DNA from: an uncultured Pseudomonadales bacterium
GTDB lineage: Bacteria > Patescibacteriota > Microgenomatia > UBA1400 > UBA1396
Assembly (NCBI GenBank): GCA_964447905.1
Contig: CAYUUK010000002.1
Span: forward strand, 21,176 to 85,175
Direction of reading: 5' to 3'
Length of the DNA: 64,000 bases
Made by a program: the position numbers and the translations under genes. Under the pieces are notes generated by a model, which saw nothing but the letters and a program-made list of their open reading frames with translations, made no database searches and was not told the DNA's origin. Shown here one piece after another: positions 1-9,119 of this stretch (positions are counted from its first letter, which is position 1; the number at the start of each line of letters is the position of its first letter).

Positions 1-471
1 TCTGACTGTAGCTGTGAAGAACGCATTGATTCTGGCTTCATCATCGAAAAATACGAAGATATTGACGGTGACGCCAACCGCGACAGCAACGAACCTGGTT
101 TAGACTGGAAGTTCGAGTGGCGCCGCGATGAAGATAATGAATGGTTCGCCTACGAAACCTATGATCATAACAATGGTCGTGGTGGACGTGTCGGCAACCT
201 CAAGTCAGGTGACCAAATTATCATCCGTGAAATCATGCAAGACGGTTGGTATGCTACCACTCCTCAAGAAGTGAGTATCACTTTAGAAGAGAAGAGCACT
301 ACCACTGTTCGCTTCGGTAACAAGCGCAGTAAGCCAGAAGTCACGGCTGCACCAACACCATCTACGTTGCCAGAAACAGGCACACCTGGTGAACAGGCAG
401 TAGCCATCTCGCTCTCCTTTGCCATGATTGGTTTGGGATTGACTTGGTTACGCTCACGCCTCACCGCCTAA
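1..471 (+). CDS. LPXTG-anchored surface protein, C-terminal part (5' truncated by window edge)
   Basis: Frame open from base 1 to the stop at 471; SdrD-B/Cna-like segment (KYEDIDGDANRDSNEPGL...VRFGNKR), Pro/Thr linker, LPETG, hydrophobic helix and basic tail (RSR); directly upstream of a sortase. Confidence 0.8.
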   Translation, partial: SDCSCEERIDSGFIIEKYEDIDGDANRDSNEPGLDWKFEWRRDEDNEWFAYETYDHNNGRGGRVGNLKSGDQIIIREIMQDGWYATTPQEVSITLEEKSTTTVRFGNKRSKPEVTAAPTPSTLPETGTPGEQAVAISLSFAMIGLGLTWLRSRLTA

Positions 472-491
472 GAGACAGTATCGGGAGCCAT

Positions 492-1634
492 ATGGCCTAC
501 CAAACCTTCAGTGGATCATTTTCCATTCAGGCTTCCGTAGCTGACTGGAAAGCCCACAACTACACCTCACCCCAACTCTGGCTCGACCTCGGTGCCTACC
601 GAGAAAGCCTCAGACGGGACACTGACCAGTGGTACTTGGCACAAGGAAGTGCATACCTGCTTTCGCTTAGCGCACTCCAACCGCTTCCCAGTATCTCGAT
701 TCCGGCTCCCCAGTTCCCTGAGCTTACTTTGCCGGAAATTACTTGGCCAGCCGTCTCGGTTCCAAACGTATCTGTTCCGAGCTTTACTGTCTCACTCTCT
801 GTACCGGCATGGAGTTTTTCACCAGATACGAGCCAACGTATCTTGAAAGGCGCTACCCACTTAGCCTACGGTATTTCCTTGGCCTCATTTTTATTTTTCT
901 TGGGACCAATACTTCTCCTAGAGAGCCAACACATCTGGAAGGATATTGCCAACAGAGTAGGAAACAGCCGTATTTACTCAGCCGTTGTGGAGACCCCTGC
1001 CCTAGAGGGAGCATCACCACCTCCAACAACCACTACCATGCCAACTCCGACACCTGAGTCATATGTCTCTAATTCATATGATGTTTTCTCCTTGAAGGTA
1101 CCCGAACTGGATATCGAAAGCATTGTTATTCCCAACGTCGATAGCGCAGATAAAGAAAGCTACACCACAGCACTCAAGCAAGGCATTGCCCACGCCGCTG
1201 GTACTGGATTGCCCGACCAACTCGAGAACAATAAAACTATGTACTTCTTTGCTCACTCCACTGATGCAGCATGGAATGTTGCCTTCTATAATGCGCAATT
1301 CTACGCGCTCAAAGACGCCGAAATCGGGCAAACGATAGACATACGCTTCTGGGGTGAAGATTACTCCTATCGCATAGTAGAAAAGACAGTCATCGCCGCA
1401 GACGATACCAGTGCACTTGCCCCACAAACAGAACAAGAGCAGCTTATTTTACAGACGTGCTACCCACCGGGCACCACTTGGAAACGCCTCCTCATTCGCG
1501 CGGTACCGGCTAGCGAGTACGATGAATATCAAGAAAAACAAAACACGCCAGAGGACACAATAACGTCTTATAACAGCGCTATTGATGACATAGACAAACC
1601 CCTCACCGCTCAGTACAATACGCGAACGGTGTAA
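492..1634 (+). CDS. Sortase with long N-terminal extension
   Basis: TM helix, P/T linker, then sortase catalytic motifs FAHS, LILQTC, and downstream R (WKRLLIRA); ATG 492 preceded by GGAG. Confidence 0.85.
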   Translation: MAYQTFSGSFSIQASVADWKAHNYTSPQLWLDLGAYRESLRRDTDQWYLAQGSAYLLSLSALQPLPSISIPAPQFPELTLPEITWPAVSVPNVSVPSFTVSLSVPAWSFSPDTSQRILKGATHLAYGISLASFLFFLGPILLLESQHIWKDIANRVGNSRIYSAVVETPALEGASPPPTTTTMPTPTPESYVSNSYDVFSLKVPELDIESIVIPNVDSADKESYTTALKQGIAHAAGTGLPDQLENNKTMYFFAHSTDAAWNVAFYNAQFYALKDAEIGQTIDIRFWGEDYSYRIVEKTVIAADDTSALAPQTEQEQLILQTCYPPGTTWKRLLIRAVPASEYDEYQEKQNTPEDTITSYNSAIDDIDKPLTAQYNTRTV

Positions 1635-1653
1635 ACACCACAGAAAGGCCACT

Positions 1654-2133
1654 ATGTCTGACGATACCCAGACTATTGCCATGACACAAACCGGTTACAA
1701 CGAACTGGTTGCCGAGTTACAAGAACTCGTCGAAGTAAAAATTCCAACCGCTATTAAGCGACTTGCACTTGCTCGCTCTCATGGAGACCTCTCTGAGAAT
1801 GCAGAGTACCATGCAGCCAAAGAAGATTTGGCTTTCCTGGAAGGTCGTAAAGATGAGCTCGATATGCTCATTCAACGAGCCGAAATCATTGCCCCAGAAG
1901 ACAACATTCAAGGCATTGTTGGGTTAGGCTCACAAGTCATTGTCGAGATCGACGGCAAAGGCAAACAACACATTTTCCACATCGTGGGTGAATGGGAAGC
2001 TGACCCGAGCGCCCGAAAGATCTCTTCAAAATCTCCTCTTGGACTTGCTTTATTAGGCAAACAGGTTGGTGAGTCGGTTGAGGTTGATGTACCTGCTGGA
2101 AAAGTGGTGTACTCGATTCAAGAAGTAAAATAG
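1654..2133 (+). CDS. greA: Transcription elongation factor GreA
   Basis: ARSHGDLSENAEYHAAKE and ISSKSPLGLALLGK motifs. Confidence 0.97.
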   Translation: MSDDTQTIAMTQTGYNELVAELQELVEVKIPTAIKRLALARSHGDLSENAEYHAAKEDLAFLEGRKDELDMLIQRAEIIAPEDNIQGIVGLGSQVIVEIDGKGKQHIFHIVGEWEADPSARKISSKSPLGLALLGKQVGESVEVDVPAGKVVYSIQEVK

Positions 2134-2135
2134 AG

Positions 2136-2252
2136 TGGGGGAACCCGAGCCTCCAACTACCTCTGGAGGGGAAAACCTACTTTACAACTACCTCAAGGAG
2201 GGGAAACCTAGGTTTCCCCTCCTTGAGTAAATTAACCAACAGGGTTCCCCCA
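2136..2252. repeat. 117-bp palindromic REP/MITE-like intergenic element
   Basis: 11-bp terminal IR (tgggggaaccc 2136-2146 / gggttccccca 2242-2252), perfect 36-bp palindrome 2192-2227, and imperfect 26-bp direct repeat (2154-2179 vs 2185-2210). Confidence 0.75.
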
Positions 2253-2287
2253 AACGAAACGCTCCACATATGATACAATCACCACCT

Positions 2288-3244
2288 ATGGCAGAACAAA
2301 AAAACACTACCAAACCAGAGAAGAAAACAGCAAAAAAGGCTGCTGATTCCAAGAAAAAATCAGTCAAAAAGACTGATGCAGCTTCTCAAGACACACAACA
2401 ACCAACTCTCATCTCAGAAAATACTACTTTTACCATTACGCTAAAAGCGGATGATATTGCTACCACCAAGCAAAAAGTACTCCAAAAAGCACAACAGCAA
2501 GCTAAGTTTGAAGGTTTCCGCAAAGGAAAAGCTCCTCTCGCTCTTGTCGAGGAACGACTCGGTGAAAACCGTGTCCGCGATATGGTCTTAGAAGAGCTCC
2601 TTTCAGACGCCTACATTGCGCACATCCGAGAAAATGACCTCCAACCCCTCACCGACCCAGCGGTCTCAGCCGAGTCTGTCGAAGAGGGCAAAGACTGGGT
2701 TTTCAAAGTCGAAATCGCCGAAACTCCAGACTTTGAACTCGGTGAATACCAAAAAATAGTCACCGATACAAAAAAGAAGCATGATCTCTGGAAAGAAAAA
2801 GCAGCAAAATCTGATACAGAAAAAGATGCTGAAAACGTCTCTCCAGAAATGAAGCGCCAGCAACAAATTAGCGCACTTCTCGAAGCTATTCTCGAGAAGG
2901 TAACTATTCAAATTCCTGAGCTTCTCGTACGCAAAGAAACTGAGCGTGCACTCCATGAGTTCGGTCACCAGCTCGAACACATGAATGTCACCCTCGATGA
3001 CTACCTCGAGAAAGTCGGTAAATCCATTCAAGACATTCACCAGGAATACGCCGCCCGCTCACTCATGAACTTACAAGTTGAGTTCTTACTCGGCGCCATT
3101 GTGCGAACAGAGAAGATTGAACTCCCAGAAAAAGAAGTTGAAGCGATTTTATCCCAGGTAGAGAACCCCAGTGCTGAGCAGCGTCAATACGTTATTGCTT
3201 CATTGTTGAAGCAACGTGCGGTCGATCACCTCTTAACACTCTAG
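2288..3244 (+). CDS. tig: Trigger factor lacking the FKBP/PPIase domain
   Basis: Ribosome-binding signature GFRKGKAP; N- and C-terminal domains joined directly; ATG 8 nt after TACAAT. Confidence 0.88.
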   Translation: MAEQKNTTKPEKKTAKKAADSKKKSVKKTDAASQDTQQPTLISENTTFTITLKADDIATTKQKVLQKAQQQAKFEGFRKGKAPLALVEERLGENRVRDMVLEELLSDAYIAHIRENDLQPLTDPAVSAESVEEGKDWVFKVEIAETPDFELGEYQKIVTDTKKKHDLWKEKAAKSDTEKDAENVSPEMKRQQQISALLEAILEKVTIQIPELLVRKETERALHEFGHQLEHMNVTLDDYLEKVGKSIQDIHQEYAARSLMNLQVEFLLGAIVRTEKIELPEKEVEAILSQVENPSAEQRQYVIASLLKQRAVDHLLTL

Positions 3245-3332
3245 GCCTTTACCGCTATAATGCGAATTACGTCTCCCGAACTCTGGGAACACACTTGAGT
3301 TTTGTATTATATTTGGGTATAATACACAATCT

Positions 3333-4265
3333 ATGGTAGGGCAGACCAACGATATGCAGAACCAGTTCGCAGGATCAGCAACTCATTCAAAACCTGAATT
3401 GAATGCGGGCGATTTTCGCGGCGCTGATATTCCTGCCTCCCATGATGAAGGATCAACAGCCGCCCTCGCCCAAATGATGCAAGCTGCTCAGGCTGGTGGA
3501 GAAACCGAGTTCCCAGAAATCGCCACTGCACCATCATTGGAAAGCCAGTCCCAGGGTACTCGGAGTACTGGTTTACGCGGCGCGTTTGACACCTGGGCCC
3601 AAGCTCCTGATCAAATTGGTCAGACATTTGGTGTTTCCGGCATCACGCTTGGGGGCAACGGCACTATCTTTGATCGACAAGCACACCAAGATGACCAACG
3701 CAGGGCTGGTCATAACTCATATGTAAATGAGCTTATTCGCCAAAACCAACAAAACACCCCACAACGCGACAACTTCCAAGCACAAGCTGATCAGATGAAT
3801 GCTGACTTACTTCGTGGCAACAAGAATCGTAAAGACGCGGCAAGCTCTCCTGCACAAACTGAATCCGGACACACCCGCGCCCAAACAAGGTATGATCAGC
3901 AGCGTGCAGCTAAAATTGAGCAAACTCGAGAACAACTGAAAGTTGCTTCCAAAAGCAGAGCACCTAAGAGCCACAATCCAGCCGGCAGAAGCACACTGCT
4001 CAATACTGAACGAACACCTGCTACACAGGGTAACAGTGTTAATTCGCCTTTAGAAAAACTCTTATCTATGGTGAGCGCTAGCATTCAGTCTGCAACACGA
4101 CGTGCAAAAGCAATGGAAGCACATGAAATTGCTGCCAAACGCCGCAATGCCAGAAAACAAGCTACCGGACCAAAAGGCTTAGACCGAATTTCCGAATCGG
4201 CCGCACAGTCTCTTGATACTATTCAGCAATTAAATGGCGGACTTGATTGGACAGCAGGCGAGTAG
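3333..4265 (+). CDS. Hypothetical Gln/Ala/Ser-rich low-complexity protein
   Basis: 310-aa ORF filling the intergenic space, TATAAT 9 nt before ATG; no recognised domain. Confidence 0.7.
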   Translation: MVGQTNDMQNQFAGSATHSKPELNAGDFRGADIPASHDEGSTAALAQMMQAAQAGGETEFPEIATAPSLESQSQGTRSTGLRGAFDTWAQAPDQIGQTFGVSGITLGGNGTIFDRQAHQDDQRRAGHNSYVNELIRQNQQNTPQRDNFQAQADQMNADLLRGNKNRKDAASSPAQTESGHTRAQTRYDQQRAAKIEQTREQLKVASKSRAPKSHNPAGRSTLLNTERTPATQGNSVNSPLEKLLSMVSASIQSATRRAKAMEAHEIAAKRRNARKQATGPKGLDRISESAAQSLDTIQQLNGGLDWTAGE

Positions 4266-4308
4266 TCTCTGCCAAAAGCATGATACAATATCTGCCTACC
4301 CAAAATTT

Positions 4309-4380
4309 GAGTCTGTAGCTCAGTGGTAGAGCGCTTCGTTGACATCGAAGAGGCCACAGGTTCGAACCCTGTCAGACTCA
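4309..4380 (+). tRNA. tRNA-Val(GAC), CCA not encoded
   Basis: Acceptor GAGTCTG/CAGACTC, D-arm with TGGTA, anticodon arm CTTCG-TT-GAC-AT-CGAAG, T-loop GGTTCGAACC. Confidence 0.96.
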
Positions 4381-4456
4381 CTCTCTCTTTTTTCCGAACT
4401 GTGTGTGTTTTTCGTTTTCATAGATTTTCAGGCATGTGTTATACTGGGCAAGCAAA

Positions 4457-4861
4457 ATGGCCAATGTTCAACCATTAGATACCAATGAATCGTCTCAAGT
4501 CGTCGACCAGCCTGGTCGCCGCACGATTTACGATGCCTCGACGAGTGAAATTTTCGTAAAAAGCTTTGTGGCCGGCATCGGACTCGGGCTTGGCCGTATG
4601 ATTGCCACGATTATCTTTTTTGGTATCGTTGTGGGTATTTTTGTCACCTATCTCGAGCCATGGCTCATGGGCTTCATGACACAGCTCGAGCGAATTACGC
4701 CCCAATTCTTGATCCCAACCACGACCACGCAACCAGCAAACACTGATGCCAACCCCAGTCGTTTCCAATACAATGAAGATCAGTTATTCGATCTTTTTAA
4801 TTCTTTCCGTACGGTGGAACCTGAAAACACAGAAGCCACCACTACAACTACTACCCAATAA
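4457..4861 (+). CDS. Small membrane protein (DUF5665-like)
   Basis: FVAGIGLGLGRMIATIIFFGIVVGIF hydrophobic Gly-patterned segment; Thr-rich tail; family assignment from memory. Confidence 0.65.
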   Translation: MANVQPLDTNESSQVVDQPGRRTIYDASTSEIFVKSFVAGIGLGLGRMIATIIFFGIVVGIFVTYLEPWLMGFMTQLERITPQFLIPTTTTQPANTDANPSRFQYNEDQLFDLFNSFRTVEPENTEATTTTTTQ

Positions 4862-4879
4862 AACAGTAAGGAGCTCTTC

Positions 4880-6724
4880 ATGTCTGAGCACGCAGACAAT
4901 GTAGCAAAAATTCGTCATTCCGCAGAACATATCCTCACTATGGCTATGGAACTGCTCTACGGACCAGACAAGATTGTCATGGCCATGGGTCCGGCAACCG
5001 ACACCGGTTTTTACTTTGACTTTGAACCTCGCAACATCACCATCAACGAAAACAACTTCGCAGAAATCGAAGCCAAAATGCAGGAGCTCGTCGGCCAAAA
5101 CCTCCTTTTTGAGCGTATTGAAGTCGAACCCAGCCTCGCCCGCACCATCTTCGCCAACAACGACTACAAACAAGAATGGATCGCCAAAGCAGAGGAGAAC
5201 AAAGAACCTGTTTCCTTATACCTCACCGGTAAAGAAGAAGACCTCGCCGCAGCAAAAGCCTTAGTCGAACAGGGAAAACGCCCGATTCTCTCTGAACTCC
5301 TCGTTTTTGTGGACCTCTGTAAAGGACCACACGTCGAGAACACGCGCGAAATCAAAGCCTTCACGCTCCTCAACGTGGCCGGCGCCTACTGGCATGGAGA
5401 TGAAAACAACATCATGCTCACCCGCATTTACGGCACGGCTTTCCCGAGCCGAAAAGAGCAGCGCGCCTACCTGCAAATGCTAGAGGAAGCACGCAAACGC
5501 GATCACCGAAAACTCGGAAAAGAGCTCGACTTATTCACGTTCTCCGAACTGGTTGGTCCGGGACTCCCACTTTGGGCACCAAAAGGTGCTATGCTACGCA
5601 ACCTGCTCGATGAGTTTGTCTGGAAACTGCGCCAGCAGTACGGCTACCAACGCGTTGAAATTCCACACGTCACCAAGAAAGACCTCTACGAACGCAGCGG
5701 TCACTGGGACAAATTTGCCGACGAACTCTTCCGCATTCAAACCCGCGAAGGACATGAGTTCGCCATGAAACCCATGAACTGTCCACACCACACGCAGATC
5801 TTTGACCGTCGACCGCACAGCTACCGAGAAATGCCCCAACGCTACGCCAACACCACCATGGTGTACCGCGACGAGCAAACGGGCGAACTGGCTGGCCTCT
5901 CTCGCGTACGCTCCATTGCGCAAGATGACGCCCACGTCTTTTGCCGACCATCTCAGGTCAAGGAAGAAATCAATCACATCTGGGATATTGTGCATGAGTT
6001 CTACGGCGCCTTTGGCTTTGAGCTGAGCGTGCGCTTGTCTCTCCACGATCCAGAGCATCCCGAAAAGTACCTTGGTTCTCCAGAGAACTGGGAGTTTGCT
6101 GAGAACCAAATGCGCCAGCTTATCCAAGATCATGGTGTTGAGTTTGTGGAAGCACCGGGCGAAGCCGCTTTTTACGGCCCCAAAATTGACTTTATGGGTC
6201 ATGACGCTATTGGTCGCGAGTGGCAAGTGGCCACTATTCAGCTCGATATGAACATGCCTGAGCGGTTTGATCTCAACTGTATCAACGAAGACGGCGAACA
6301 AGAACGCGTAGTTATGATTCACGCCGCCATTATGGGCGCCATTGAACGATTCTTGTCAGTCTTGATTGAACACTATGCTGGTGCTTTCCCTGCCTGGCTC
6401 GCACCAATCCAAGCCGTCATTATCCCAATTACCGCTGATCAAAGCGAGTATGCGAACGCACTGGCAAAAGAACTCGCTTCTCATGGTCTACGCATTGAAG
6501 TTCGTGACGAAGCAGAAACGATGCAAAACAGAATTCGCAAGGCTGAACAAGAAAAGGTACCCTACATGCTGGTAGTGGGCGCTCAGGAACAAGCTGCCCA
6601 CCAAGAATCGGGAACCTATGTGAGTGCCGTTCGCTCTCATGGCAAGAAGTCTCATGGCACGCTCTCTGCTCTCGAACTGGTAGAACGAGTCAAGACAGAT
6701 ACACCGCAAATCATGCGCGCATAA
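4880..6724 (+). CDS. thrS: Threonyl-tRNA synthetase (no N-terminal TGS domain)
   Basis: RHSAEH, DLCKGPH, RDHRKLG, KPMNCPHH and FYGPKID motifs. Confidence 0.98.
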   Translation: MSEHADNVAKIRHSAEHILTMAMELLYGPDKIVMAMGPATDTGFYFDFEPRNITINENNFAEIEAKMQELVGQNLLFERIEVEPSLARTIFANNDYKQEWIAKAEENKEPVSLYLTGKEEDLAAAKALVEQGKRPILSELLVFVDLCKGPHVENTREIKAFTLLNVAGAYWHGDENNIMLTRIYGTAFPSRKEQRAYLQMLEEARKRDHRKLGKELDLFTFSELVGPGLPLWAPKGAMLRNLLDEFVWKLRQQYGYQRVEIPHVTKKDLYERSGHWDKFADELFRIQTREGHEFAMKPMNCPHHTQIFDRRPHSYREMPQRYANTTMVYRDEQTGELAGLSRVRSIAQDDAHVFCRPSQVKEEINHIWDIVHEFYGAFGFELSVRLSLHDPEHPEKYLGSPENWEFAENQMRQLIQDHGVEFVEAPGEAAFYGPKIDFMGHDAIGREWQVATIQLDMNMPERFDLNCINEDGEQERVVMIHAAIMGAIERFLSVLIEHYAGAFPAWLAPIQAVIIPITADQSEYANALAKELASHGLRIEVRDEAETMQNRIRKAEQEKVPYMLVVGAQEQAAHQESGTYVSAVRSHGKKSHGTLSALELVERVKTDTPQIMRA

Positions 6725-6763
6725 ATGATATAATAAGTGCTTTAAACAACAAGGAGGTAAGCA

Positions 6764-7312
6764 ATTCGCTTCAAACCAAGACGGCCAAAACATCGCCGTA
6801 AATCAGAATTTATTATGAACGAAGATATTCGAGCCAATGAGGTTCGTGTTCTGAGTGACCGCGGTGAACAGATCGGTGTTATGCCCAAAGATGAGGCTAT
6901 TCGTTTGGCAGAGGAACAAGAGAAGGATCTTATCCTTATTGTAGCCAAAGCCCAACCACCGGTGGCAAAAATAATCGAAGAATCGAAACACAAGTACCAA
7001 CAGCAGCAACAAAAGCAAAAGCAACGCCAAAGTGGCAAAGGTTCTGAAATTAAAGAACTTCGCTTGAGCCCATTTATTGCTGAAGGTGACTTGCTGGCTC
7101 GTACCAAACGCGTCCGAAAATTCTTAGAAGGCGGAGATAAAGTTCGTCTCCTTCTGCGTTTTCGTGGACGCGAGATCACCAAAAAAGAATTTGGTGAAAA
7201 CGTTCTCAATAAAATCTATGAAGCAGTAGAGGATGTGGCTCGCATTGAAATGGAACCAAAACTCCAAGGCAAAGTAATGACCATGCAGCTTATGCCAGAA
7301 AAGAAAAAGTAG
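6764..7312 (+). CDS. infC: Translation initiation factor IF-3, probable AUU start
   Basis: NEDIRANEVRV and KELRLSPFI motifs; in-frame ATT at 6764 sits 5 nt after AAGGAGGT, whereas ATG 6815 has no SD. Confidence 0.95.
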   Translation: MRFKPRRPKHRRKSEFIMNEDIRANEVRVLSDRGEQIGVMPKDEAIRLAEEQEKDLILIVAKAQPPVAKIIEESKHKYQQQQQKQKQRQSGKGSEIKELRLSPFIAEGDLLARTKRVRKFLEGGDKVRLLLRFRGREITKKEFGENVLNKIYEAVEDVARIEMEPKLQGKVMTMQLMPEKKK

Positions 7313-7395
7313 GGAATTTTTCTCTGTTGAGGGAAATATCCGCTTCTTTGATTCTGCGCAGATCCCTGTTATAATACCCCTCTTGAAGGAATTCT

Positions 7396-7602
7396 ATGGC
7401 AAAAGGTTACAAACAGAAAACTCGAAAAGGCGTCGCCAAGCGTTTCAAAATTACCGCTACCGGTAAAGTCTTGCGTCGTCGTCAAAACATGCGTCACCTG
7501 CGCTCGAAAAAATCGAAGCGCACTATCCGCAGCTACCGCACTCCGGTAGAAGTGAAGGGTCGCTTTGCCAAGAAAATTAAGCAAATGCTCGGCATTGCCT
7601 AA
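7396..7602 (+). CDS. rpmI: 50S ribosomal protein L35
   Basis: KTRKGVAKRFKITATGKV; position between infC and rplT. Confidence 0.96.
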   Translation: MAKGYKQKTRKGVAKRFKITATGKVLRRRQNMRHLRSKKSKRTIRSYRTPVEVKGRFAKKIKQMLGIA

Positions 7603-7611
7603 AAGGAAATT

Positions 7612-7971
7612 ATGTCTCGCGTAAAAACAGGACCATACCGACGTCGTCGTCACAAAAAAGTGCTGAAAGCCAATAAAGGCTTCCGCATGACCAAAAACCG
7701 CTTGTACAAGGTGGCCAAAGAAGCCTTCTTGCACGCCGGTAAATATGCCTACATTGGCCGTAAAAACCGCAAACGCGACTTCCGCCGCTTGTGGATCTCT
7801 CGTATCAGTGCTGGTTTGGAGAACATTGCCAACGCCGTCAACTACTCTCGCTTCATCAACCAACTCAAAAAAGCCGATATTCAACTGAATCGTAAGATGC
7901 TGTCTGAGATGGCCGCTCGTGATTTTGAATCGTTTAGCAAGGTAGTTGAAGTAGCGAATAAAGCGAAATAA
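7612..7971 (+). CDS. rplT: 50S ribosomal protein L20
   Basis: MSRVK, GRKNRKRDFRRLWISRI and LNRKMLSEMA motifs. Confidence 0.98.
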   Translation: MSRVKTGPYRRRRHKKVLKANKGFRMTKNRLYKVAKEAFLHAGKYAYIGRKNRKRDFRRLWISRISAGLENIANAVNYSRFINQLKKADIQLNRKMLSEMAARDFESFSKVVEVANKAK

Positions 7972-7996
7972 GACTCGCTCGCGCTTCAACTACCAG

Positions 7997-8022
7997 AAAC
8001 CCCCGCCTCCCGGGGGTTTTTT
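7997..8022 (+). terminator. Intrinsic terminator after rplT
   Basis: aaacccccg-cctcc-cgggggttt stem-loop running into a T6 tract. Confidence 0.85.
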
Positions 8023-8063
8023 GTACCCACAGACCTTGATACAATCAAAACAAGAAAAGAGAC

Positions 8064-9104
8064 ATGAACAGAGACACCTTCGACCAAAACATTAACGACA
8101 TTCGCCAAAAGCTCTCCGCAGCACCGCGAGATCCTGAAGCACTCCGAATCTTTCTATTTGGAAAAAAGCAGGGTCTCTTCTCAGAAGCCGCACTCATGCT
8201 GCGCGAACTGTCACCAGAATACAAGCCCGCGGCTGGCCAAAAACTGCAAGAGCTCCGCGCAGAAATGGAAACACTCCTTGAAGAAGCGGAAAACGCCCCA
8301 GATTCCAGCGAGTGGCTCGATCCTACGTTGCCCGCCGCCGCTCGACCAGTTGGCCGACTGCATCCCATCAGCCAAGCCATCAACGAGATCACCGACATCT
8401 TTGAAAAAATAGGCTTCACGCGCGTGCGCTACCCCGAAGTCGAATGGGACTACTACGCCTTCGAAGCTCTCAACATGCCTTCCAATCACCCCGCACGTGA
8501 CGAGTGGGAAACCTTCTTCATGAACGCGCCCGAACACTCAACACTCGGTAAAATGGTCCTCACGCCCCACACCTCCAATGGCCAAGTCCGCGAAATGGAA
8601 CGTCTCAACTCCGAGCCGCCCATCCGCATGATCAACATTGGGCGAACATACCGCCGACAGCAGGACGTGACGCACACACAGATGTTCCACCAGTTCGAAG
8701 GCTTGGTGGTCGACACAAATATTACCATCCAACACCTCAAGGGCACCATCGATCACTTTGCCAAAGAGTTTTATGGTCCAGAGAGCAAATCGCGTATTCG
8801 GCCGTTCCACTTTAAGTTTACGGAACCATCTTTTGAGATCGATTTCTCGTGCTCCATCTGCAAAGGCACCGGAAAACTCGGTAATGAAACCTGCCGCTTC
8901 TGTAAATCTGGCTGGCACGAAGTTGGTGGCGCCGGTATGGTGCACCCAAACGTGTTACGCGCAGGCGGCATTGACCCCGAGAAATACACCGGCTTTGCCT
9001 TTGGCTGGGGAGTAGAGCGGACCTATGCCTTGCGCCCAGGCTTGCACTTAGACGATATCCGGTTGCTCTTCAGCGCCGACCCCCGTTTCTTAGAACAATT
9101 TTAA
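8064..9104 (+). CDS. pheS: Phenylalanyl-tRNA synthetase alpha subunit
   Basis: GRLHP, HPARD, FHQFEGL, FTEPSFE, GMVHP and GFAFGWGVER motifs; CxxC..CxxC insert. Confidence 0.97.
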   Translation: MNRDTFDQNINDIRQKLSAAPRDPEALRIFLFGKKQGLFSEAALMLRELSPEYKPAAGQKLQELRAEMETLLEEAENAPDSSEWLDPTLPAAARPVGRLHPISQAINEITDIFEKIGFTRVRYPEVEWDYYAFEALNMPSNHPARDEWETFFMNAPEHSTLGKMVLTPHTSNGQVREMERLNSEPPIRMINIGRTYRRQQDVTHTQMFHQFEGLVVDTNITIQHLKGTIDHFAKEFYGPESKSRIRPFHFKFTEPSFEIDFSCSICKGTGKLGNETCRFCKSGWHEVGGAGMVHPNVLRAGGIDPEKYTGFAFGWGVERTYALRPGLHLDDIRLLFSADPRFLEQF

Positions 9105-9119
9105 GCACAGAAAGACACC

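Noticed and set aside
4862-4879. T-box leaders before thrS, pheS and serS
   Set aside because: The intergenic spaces are too short and no T-box consensus was seen.
5594-6322. Long antisense ORFs opposite thrS, pheT (9090-9866), pyrG (39559-40350) and rpmI-rplT (7369-7989)
   Set aside because: Shadow frames of conserved genes arising from codon bias; no independent motifs or start signals.
7313-7395. Hairpin between infC and rpmI as an L20 autoregulatory leader
   Set aside because: Weak stem, no recognisable L20-binding mimic, and a TATAAT promoter lies between it and rpmI.
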